Positions 1 through 9,611 of a stretch of 20,000 nt of DNA are shown in pieces. The notes below the pieces were generated by a model that was not told the DNA's origin, did no database searches, and was given only the letters and a program-made list of their open reading frames with translations. The stretch comes from Psammoneis japonica (taxonomy: Eukaryota): NCBI GenBank assembly GCA_008632985.1, contig QPGO01000083.1, forward strand, positions 336,428 to 356,427, written 5' to 3'. A program made the translations under genes and the position numbers. How positions within the stretch are numbered: the stretch's first letter is position 1; each line of letters opens with the position of its first letter.

Positions 1-1
1 T

Positions 2-518
2 GACATGGGGAAGCAGGCGGTTGGCATGCAGGTGGAAGCCATGGCATCCAAGGCGTTGCGATGCTTGGCTCTCGCGTACAAGGAGGAAACGGGAGTCCTT
101 GCCAAGTACAATGGTGAGCGTAATCATGAAGGTCACAAGGCTTTGAGTGACACGGCGGGATATGCCGACATTGAATCCGACTTGGTCTTTTGTGGTTTGG
201 TTGGTATGCTGGACCCGCCGAGACCCGAGATTGCTCCCATGATTGAAGTTTGTCACACGGCCAATATTCGGGTCATTATGATTACGGGTGACAACAAGCT
301 TACGGCTGAATCGATTTGCCGTATGGTGGGAATCTTTGGAGAGTCGGAATCCTTGGATGATGTTTCCTTTACAGGCGGAGAATTCTTTAGCATGCCTGAA
401 GCCAAGCAGCAAAAGATTCTATCCGGCGGTGGACTGGTGTTTTCGCGCACCGAACCCAAGCACAAGCAGCAGCTAGTGCGACTCCTGAAACGTCATGGTG
501 ATATTGTTGCAATGACGG
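2..518 (+). CDS. SERCA: P2A-type (SERCA/ECA-like) Ca2+-transporting ATPase, internal exon (gene starts upstream of the window)
   Basis: Motifs ALRCLALAYK, GMLDPPR, VIMITGDNKLTA, FSRTEPKHK, VAMTG. Donor G|GTAAGC at 518/519. Confidence 0.95.
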
Positions 519-1575
<1,057 letters not shown>

Positions 1576-2332
1576 ATGTGGATTCAACACTGTTGGGGAC
1601 CATAACTGGAAGATGATTGTGCTAGCAATTCACATGCATGTTTCTGTTGGTGTAGTTTTTAGATTGTTTTTAACCTGAGGGAGGAAATCATTTGGACGTC
1701 TGCCATTGTATTCCACGACCTGTTTGATACATTTCTAGCCTTTCTCAGTCTTCCACCAAGATTGCACTTCGTTAAGCCGCATTTTGGATATGGGTTCGAT
1801 GAAGGTTCAGAGAGATTGCCTCTTACCGTACGCCCGTAGTTGTACAGAAGGCTGCGCTCTAGCTAGTTGCGTGCTCACCACGAACCTGAACGTGCGCGAC
1901 CAACTAGCCCTACCCCGGCTAACTCACAAGTAAATATTTTTTGTTAAAATACAAACATATCAAAAAAAACGAGTGAGATAGTGAAACAAAAGATCAATAC
2001 GATTGGATTGCAACAGAGAGCGAAAATGAGTATCGAATCGTGGTGTAAATGCAAAATCCATTTTTCATCTTACAATTGGCCGTTTACCTTTCAACACAAG
2101 CAATGTATCTTCATTCTATATGACTAGTAGATAGCGTTGGTATTGTTGAAAGGATTGGAAATAGTCTAAAAAGCCGCTCCGATTCTCATGGTGTGTGGTG
2201 TTTTGAGTTTGGAGGTATGATGCGCACACGTGACTGATGAGTCCCGTCTAACATGACAGCGCGAAAGCTCAGTGCAGCAGTGATGATGTACCGGTACGAA
2301 TTTTTGTACTATGTACAACATGTGCCTGTACG

Positions 2333-2337
2333 TCTTA
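2333..2337. repeat. 5-bp target site duplication, left copy (TCTTA)
   Basis: TCTTA directly precedes the LTR at 2338 and recurs directly after the other LTR at 9607-9611. Confidence 0.95.
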
Positions 2338-2613
2338 TGATAGAAATTGAAGGCAAATGGCAAGAATTCAAACAATAACTCCTTGCTGCTGTCTAAATAG
2401 CAGATGAGTCTCCGCTCAGAGACCGTCACAGGAGCCGAAGGACGTGCAAGTCGGCATAATCGGGCTACTGTCATTATTCTTGTGAGCCTTGTGGCTCGAA
2501 AGCAAACCACATCGCGCGTGAACGCGCGGAACTAAAGCACACAAAACTGTGCACGGTAAACTAAACAGCGCGCGATGCTTCGCGCGCACCTAAATCCTGT
2601 TCAAATCCTGTCA
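2338..2613 (-). repeat. 3' LTR (276 bp)
   Basis: TGATAGAAAT...ATCCTGTCA. 265/276 identical to 9331-9606 by hand alignment, no indels. Confidence 0.97.
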
Positions 2614-2619
2614 CTCCCC
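2614..2619 (-). other. Polypurine tract (GGGGAG) abutting the 3' LTR
   Basis: Minus strand reads AAACTGGGGAG|TGACAGG, directly upstream of the 3' LTR start. Confidence 0.8.
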
Positions 2620-2948
2620 AGTTTGCTTGAGGAGCCACAGAAACAGATTCGACTTCGGATGGAATGAAGTTCCAGAACATGAGGGGGCGGAGAAGGTCCC
2701 AGATTTGGGAGTGACCCCAATGCTTGCTGAGAATGTCAGCAGGGTTGCGGGAGCCTTCGATGAAGTGGAACTCAAGGTGACCAGAGGCAATTGCCTCACG
2801 CACACGGTGGAATGACAGTGCGGTGTGTCGCTTGTGTAACTTGGAGTGCGGGATGGTGGCACTGTCTGCAACCGACTTGTTGTCACCGAACATGTGACCA
2901 ACGTTGCGGATCGGGACGCCAAGGCAGCGCAGGGTGATGCGCAGGTCG

Positions 2949-3271
2949 ACAATCTGCTCAACACAAGTCCTTGCGGCAACAAATTCAGACCCGCAGGTCG
3001 CAGTCTCCACGGTGGCTTGTTTCTCAGAGAACCAATCAGCCGGGAATTTGTTGAGGAAGTGGAGCATTCCCATGACAGAGCGTCCGGTGAGCATGCAATG
3101 GCACAAGAAAAAACAATCTGCTCAACACAAGTCCTTGCGGCAACAAATTCAGACCCGCAGGTCGCAGTCTCCACGGTGGCTTGTTTCTTAGAGAACCAAT
3201 CAGCCGGGAATTTGTTGAGGAAGTGGAGCATTCCCATGACAGAGCGTCCGGTGAGCATGCAATGGTGCAAG
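2949..3271. repeat. Tandem duplication of 159 bp (2949-3107 and 3113-3271) with an AAAAA spacer
   Basis: The copies differ at 3 positions (3025/3189, 3102-3103/3266-3267). The net +164 bp shifts the RNase H frame. Confidence 0.95.
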
Positions 3272-4587
3272 TTTGCATCGACGTAGTGGGTGGCAGTGAC
3301 GAACTTGCCAAGGGGCGGTGGAGCGTCCTTCGGGATCATCTCTTCTGCTTCACCACACACGGAATGCATCCATTCATGGGCCGGAGCAGGGAGATCCGAA
3401 TGGTCGGGCTCTTCCGTGCGAACGCGGAGAGCACCGTGTCGCATCTTGGAGAGGCACCCACAGACGCGCTTGGCACGATCCAAGTGGCCTTGACGGGGCG
3501 CAGCTCGGAAGCTAGAGAGTGACATGACGGCCGTGGCAATGTCAATTCGACCAAGGGACACTGCCCATTGGAGTGAACCAACAAGAGACTGGAACTTGTG
3601 GATGCCATCGGGTCCCAGCAGTTCGGAAGTGTCCAGTTCGGGGTGGTCACCCTTCTCTAGAGGTGACAGGGCGTTGGTGGCAGGTTTCTCCCCAAACAGT
3701 CGGGCACAGCTGTCGACCATGCGCTCGATGTACTTGCGCGGAGACAGGCACAAGGTTCCGTCGGGTTCCCGGGAAAAGTCGCAACCCAGATGGAACTCAA
3801 TGGGTCCCGCACCCTTGAGCTTGAACTTGTGCTTTTCCGTGAGGGTGTCGACGAAAGATTGAGGGTCCTTCATGGCAATGGCGAGGTCATCCACATAAAC
3901 GGCAATGCATTCACAGTGGTCGCCGTTCCTGCACATCCAAATGTGGGGTTCGGCGCGGCAGGGGAAGAAGCCTTCAGCTCGCAGGCAGTCGGCGAAGCGC
4001 TCGTGCCAGCGGAGACCGGAGCTGCGCAGTCCATGCAGTGCCTTGTGGATGACAAGGATGTGTCCTTCGAGTTTGCCGAACTCGGGTCCAGCTGCAATGT
4101 AAAGCTTCTCCTTGGTGGTGGCTTCAAGGTGGGCATTGCCAATGTCGGTGGCCCATGTCTCCAACTCGTTGAGTTCGGCCAGGAAAATCATCAGCCGAAG
4201 GCCACGGAGGGAGACTGCTCCGGAGTGGACACTGTCGACAGGCACGTCCGTGAGGTGCCCGTCGGCTACGAGTCGTGCCTTGTGGCGACCGTCGTGTTTC
4301 ACGTCGCACACCAGGTGCACTTGGATCTTCTTGTGTCCCGCAGGAGGAGTGGAAGACTTGAAGGGCCCGCAGTCATGGAAGACTTCGTACTCGTCGAGTT
4401 GGTCCATCTCGAGATTAGTTGCGTCTCCCCACTTGCGGTTGCCGTTGCGTTCGTCCAGTGACATGGCATGTTTGCAGTTCCGGGGAACTTCGTGTCCACA
4501 CTTGCAGCGAGGTGCAGTGCGGAAGGAGCGAAGCTTGGCTTGGTTGGCCATGCGAAATGGCTTCTTTTGGCGCCTCGCGATGGTGCG

Positions 4588-4797
4588 GAACCGCTTCCAG
4601 CCATCCGTGTCGAGGAGTCCGTTCTCTCGTGCATAGATGGCACAGGTGACGGGGTCGTCCTTGGCGATGATGGCAAGAGGCTCGGACGTGATCTCCCCAC
4701 TTTCCCATTCAAGCATGATGTTGTAGCTGGAGCCTTTCCAGGTTGGGTCGTGAGGCTTCAGAGGTCCTTCGTGTGACACGATGCGTCGAAATTTCCA
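4588..4797 (-). other. Chromodomain-like module at the integrase C-terminus
   Basis: WKFRRIVSHEG...SSYNIMLEWESGEITSEPL...YARENGLLDTDGWKRF fits the chromo/chromoshadow pattern. Such modules are reported for diatom CoDi copia elements. Confidence 0.65.
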
Positions 4798-7700
4798 AAC
4801 AGTGGTGTCTTCGTCTTCTTGCTCAATGTGATTCATGATGTCATTGCAGGCAAGGACTTCCTCGCATTCGTCATTGTTGACAGAGCAGACGAACTTAGTG
4901 AGCTCGGGATTGCCGTTCACTTTCCATTCGTGGTCTTCGACGGCCTTGACGATGCGAGCTCTGTGGCGTTGTCCGTCCTCTTGTGGCTGCATGAGGAAGG
5001 CACGTCCAATGATGTCTTGCGGATCGAAAACTGGCATCTTGGGTGTCCTGATCTCCCCATCAGGAGAGTCGACGGGGTTGTCGTCATGGCGAGATTTGAT
5101 GATGGGTTCAGGTGGCTCCCCATCAGGAGGATCAAGACGCAGGTTTCGGACGGCAGGATCGGGGGTGGCGGAGCGGACGTTGGACCGGCAGAGGATCTTC
5201 TGATTCTCATCAGATAGAATCTTGAAGGTCATCTGGTGGCCGACGTGCTCAGCAATGCCAACGAAGCGTCCACGCAACTCACGGGATTCGGACGGCCAAT
5301 CGGAGTCATCGAGGTGGAAGCACACGGGTTCCCACCAGTGAAAGCGAAGCAATGGGCTGATGTCCGGGGTGGAGCCAGTGAGAGTCTCAAGGGGCATGTG
5401 CCAGTGGAGACGTGGGGACGCTGCATGGTTGAGCATGAAGCACACGCACATGAGCGCCAGCAGCCATGCATGGGCGGGCGAACCAAAACGATCCATGACA
5501 GTGTTCGCCATGCGCTTCACGGTCTGGTGTCGACGCTCGGCAAAGTTTTGGTGTTGCTGGTGAGGCTCACTTTGCCAGCTAGAGATGAAGAGGGCGCGCA
5601 GGATCCCGAGCACTTTGTTGCTGATCTCAACTTGAGCACGGTCGCTAATGAGTTTGGATGGGGCACCACGTTCACGGATCTGATCCTCGAGTGTGTTGAC
5701 AAACTCTTTGTCCGTCTCAGTGCCGCAGACGTCAGTGACGGTAGACTCGGTGCCAACAAACAGTTGGGCGCTGGTGCAACCAGAGTCGACGGCCGGGGTG
5801 TCGGCACAAACGGTGTCAGTGGCGACAGGCTCGTTGCGGCGGTGCACATTAAGGGCGGGGTTGGGTGATTTGTGGGCCTTGCGAAGGTGTGCACCGGCGG
5901 GCATGCGGGCGCACTGCGTGGTGCAGTCAAAAGTACGACGGACCGCATCGGCAGGTGGGAAGCCAAAGCAAGGCCGAAGAGACTCGAAGGGGGGGTCCTT
6001 GGGCTGTACAGTGCGCTCCGGAGGTGGAACATCATCGCCCTGGGGGCCAATCGCATGCAGATGACACTCGTAGAACACGTCGTCGTTCGGAATGAGGTGA
6101 TCATCGAGGGCGGACGCGTGATCGGCAGACAAGGAAGCGGACATGATGGTCTCGTTGACAACGACACGATGACGGCAGTTGCCGCATTCGTCAAATAGGT
6201 TGGCAGTGGGATCGTCCTGCAGGTCAGAGATCGCGTCGCACCACTGGTCGTCGTCAGTGACAGAGTGATCGAGGACGGAAGGGTCCCATGTGTCATCACC
6301 GGTGAGGATGACATGGGGCAGGGTGTCCCATTCGGCGTCAGTGCAAGGTCGCATGGCAACACAAGGCAGGCCAGCCTTGATGTCAATGGGGATGACACAG
6401 CCATCAGGAGTGGCAACACGTTGCAAGCCGTTGGGCACCTTGACAGAGCGATCGTTGACATCCTGTTTGTGCCATTCGAGCTGGCCGCAGGAATGGATGG
6501 TCTTGCCCTTGCCCGTGCATGCGCACTGATGGAGTGTGGCGATGACGGGACCACGCTGGGTCTCAATGACGGCACCAGCGGTGACAATGGGGATGTCCAC
6601 CAATTGATGATCGTCAATGCCCTGAACGTCGACTTGGCGAGAGGTGCGTGCAATGACGCGAACGTCGTCGCCAGCAATGCCGCCGTTGGCCCCACGATCG
6701 ACTAGAGCGCCAGTGCGTGTGGAGCGATGAGCAGAAGCAGAGTGAATGACATTGTGGTTGTTGACGCGGCGGCAAGTGCGACCGTCAAGTTCCATGTCAT
6801 CTGCAGAAGCTGGTGGGGTAGAGGAAGCGGCGGATGGCCCCGGTCGACTGGCATTGGGGGCTTGGTTAGGAGACAACAGACGTTGCAGATCACCGGGTGG
6901 CAGTGGCTTGCACTTGGTGAGGTGCGCCAGGATGGGATCATCCGAAGTGGCGTCCACATGTGGAGCGGAGTCACCAGAGTCAGCAGGAGTCGTGTTGGAC
7001 AAGTTGACATCACCGTCACTCCCAAGGCGTTGGTCATGAAGGTTGGCCGTAACAGACTCATGGCAGTTGCTGGCTCGCGGGTTGCAGGGAGGTGGACGAG
7101 AATGCTCAAGGATGATCGCCTTGGAGGAATCGGGCAACGAATCCCAGAGCCGTTGGTGGTCGGGAGGGAGACGTCTCCATTGGACACCGGCGAGGCTGGG
7201 ACCGCGGGTGCAGGCAGCATTGGCTTGAAGGACGTCAACGTTGCTGTCAATGTCGTAGAACACATCGTCGGACGGTTCCTCGGAGTGGACGTCGTGTGCG
7301 TGTGTGGCGCATCGGGGAGCTCGAGGTGTCGTCTTGGGTTGAAATGTGCTGTCGCACTGAGCTGCGGCGGAGAGGAGCAAGCCACAGTGTTGATCGCATG
7401 TGAGGCTCTTGCCACTCTGTGTACGATGCTGATCAGCTTGGTTCTTGACAGCACGGAGTTCCTCGACAGGGTGCACGGCATTCTCGAGCATGACGCGCTT
7501 CTGTCCTTCAGAGAAGTGGTCACTGGCCGGGATGAGTGCCTCGCACTTGCGCAACTGATCTTGCCAATGAAGGATGAACCCGTGGGTCAGACCTTTCCAA
7601 GTGCCATCACCAAGACACGCGGTGGTGAGGCACGTGAGCAGGGTGGAGGACTCGACAGATGCGCGGGTGGAGGCAAGCGCGTGCTCAGACAAGGAGCGGC

Positions 7701-8464
7701 AGACGGTCTGTGCGTCAGAAGACCCCACATTTTCGCGAATGAGAGCCTTGCCCTTGTCGGTGAGAAGGATGCGTTCGAAGACGGCGAACATGCACTTTTG
7801 CTGTTCAGCAAAGAGCAGTTTGTCTTCGGGGCTGGTCGGTTTGTACGACGAGTCTAGAATGCACTTGACGTCTTGGGCACGGGCTTGTGCCACAAGTGAG
7901 GTGTGCCAAGTGTGCCACTGCTTGTCAGATTTGAGAGCCGTGAAAGTGGGATCACGCTTGATGCCTCGCTTGAAGTCCCGCACCGGGTCGCGTGCCTTGG
8001 TCGAGTTGGTGACATGTGGAGGTGCAAGGGGTGAGCTGCCGATGGACACAGAAGACATGTGGTCGGGGCTGAGGCGGCAGGCAAGGAACTCGTCATGCGT
8101 GAACAAAGAGGAGTCGTTGGCAACGTCAAGACCTTTGTGTGCTTTGACAATGTACAGACTGACTGGTGCTGCTAACATGTTCTCATAACCACGGGGCAAA
8201 GGGATTGCATTGGCGCCGTTGTCGCACTCAAGCGAGTCGATTTGGGACGGCATGAATGTGAACAGTTCCTGATGCGAGTCTGTGCCGTCTTGGGCCAAAG
8301 CCAAACGAAGAGGACTCCCAGCACCTTGGGCAAGCACGGTTCCAACCACGTGCTCGAAACCATCGGTTTGTTGCTGACGAGTGAGAACCATGGTGGACAA
8401 AGGTGGTGTCAGGACAATCAATTCTGGTTGGGAAGCGAAGGTAGACTCGAAACTTGGGTGAGAG

Positions 8465-8496
8465 TGGACTTGACTTGAAATGGACTTGACTTGAAA
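8465..8496. repeat. 2 x 16-bp tandem repeat TGGACTTGACTTGAAA in the retrotransposon 5' leader
   Basis: Exact copies at 8465-8480 and 8481-8496, followed by a further CTTGAA unit. Confidence 0.85.
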
Positions 8497-9315
8497 TCTT
8501 GAACTGTCTTAAAATCAGAAGTCGCCGGGCTTTGTTGTCCCGTTCGTTGTCAAGTGCTAAACTTCCCATCCGGTCCGTAGAGTTGTGCCGGCACGTCCGA
8601 ACCCGCAGCTGGTGGCGCTTTGGGTTGCTTGCGAGTGGAGCAGCGGGTTGCAAACCCCTGCAGGCAAGCTGACTGGAGGTGGACAAGACCCCCGAACCGT
8701 TCTCATTTTGTGTCGGTTGGATTTCCCGATCAGGCTGGCCAGTTGACGCAGGCGTTGGGCGCTGTGGACGAACGAACAAACGCGGGAAAGCACCCTCGCC
8801 CCAACGCAGGCTGCAATCACGGCCACCTGCTCTCACAGTCGTCCTCGTGGACCTGGCAGAACTGTAGAGCACCAGCAGTCCGGGGCAGATCAGGTGCAAT
8901 GGACTCGGTGTGCTTGTAGAGTGGCAGCAAAACCGCAGTCCGAAGAGTGGACAAAGGTTCTTGGCCGTGAAGACATGTACACACACACATGTCTTCAGCG
9001 ACTAAGATCCTTGAACATGTGGGGTTCTTGACCGTTAACCGAGGAACAGGTATATCAAGGGATGTTGATCAAGGATAGACTTGGATATGACCGTTGAATG
9101 TAAGTCTTCAGCGATCAAAGGTAGTGCAATCAATCCAGATGTCCAGCGGCAAGGAGACTTGACGGTGACGTTAACTTCCTGCCGATGCCCTGGTGTTGAA
9201 TGCGCGTAGACTTGCCGATGTATGTAGAACACATACGGAGGTCCACGTAGAATTGAAATAGCGTCGTTGGTAAATCAACGACGACGATGGCGGTTGCTCA
9301 ATGGGTTGACAATGA

Positions 9316-9330
9316 GCAAGACTGTTAATC
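9316..9330 (-). other. Putative primer binding site complementary to a tRNA-Asn(GTT) anticodon arm
   Basis: Directly after the 5' LTR the element reads GATTAACAGTCTTGC, with no TGG. Its complement GCAAGA-CT-GTT-AA-TC has the form of a tRNA-Asn anticodon stem-loop. Confidence 0.6.
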
Positions 9331-9606
9331 TGATAGAAATTGAAGGCAAATGGCAAGAATTCAAACAACAACTCCTTACTGCTGTCTAAATGGCAGATGA
9401 GTCTCCGCTCAGAGACCGTTGCAGGAGCCGAAGGACGTGTAAGTCGGTGTGATCGGGCTACTGTCATCATTCTTGTGAGCCTTGTGGCTCGAAAGCAAAC
9501 TACATCGCGCGTGAACGCGCGGAACTAAAGCACACAAAACTGTGCACGGTAAACTAAACAGCGCGCGATGCTTCGCGCGCACCTAAATCCTGTTCAAATC
9601 CTGTCA
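9331..9606 (-). repeat. 5' LTR (276 bp)
   Basis: Direct repeat of 2338-2613 with TG..CA ends. Confidence 0.97.
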
Positions 9607-9611
9607 TCTTA
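9607..9611. repeat. 5-bp target site duplication, right copy (TCTTA)
   Basis: Matches 2333-2337. Confidence 0.95.

Larger units (their letters stand above)
2561..8391 (-). pseudogene. gag-pol polyprotein (Gag, protease, integrase, chromodomain-like, RT, RNase H), inactivated by TpA hypermutation and a frameshifting duplication in RNase H
   Basis: ATG at 8391 in TCCACCATGG context. PR: ALVDRGANGG (~6680-6710). IN: VATDT, ISD, SEPHQQHQNFAERR (~5500-5830). RT: KARLVADGH, DIGNA, YVDD (3886-3897). RH: YVDA, SEF, FGDN, NPADILSK, with the last part in the 2561..3106 frame. Confidence 0.92.
2338..9606 (-). mobile_element. Full-length Ty1/copia LTR retrotransposon, diatom CoDi-like, hypermutated and frameshifted
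   Basis: Two 276-bp TG..CA LTRs, TSD, PPT and PBS. Single gag-pol ORF in copia order PR-IN-RT-RH. Confidence 0.97.

Noticed and set aside
2203..2285. Hammerhead-ribozyme-like core CTGATGAG...CGAAA left of the LTR
   Set aside because: Stem II pairs poorly and no stem I forms in either type I or type III topology.
2401..2430. CAGATGAG-TCTC...GAGAC hairpin in the LTR, also hammerhead-like
   Set aside because: The core is CAGA rather than CTGA, and no GAAA follows the stem.
2600..9000. Many long antisense and alternate-frame ORFs over the retrotransposon (e.g. 5517..6695, 6727..7857, 3790..4461)
   Set aside because: They are explained by loss of TAA/TAG stops through TpA depletion and have no recognisable domains.
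9314..9340. tRNA-Asn gene
   Set aside because: Only an anticodon-arm fragment is present, with no T-arm or acceptor stem. It is interpreted as a PBS instead.
2338..9606. Classical fungal RIP, APOBEC-type editing or RT/RNA-level editing as the cause of the pattern
   Set aside because: RIP would enrich TpA and create stops. Editing during retrotransposition would be strand-biased. Here both strands, both LTRs independently, a post-insertion duplication and the neighbouring block are affected.
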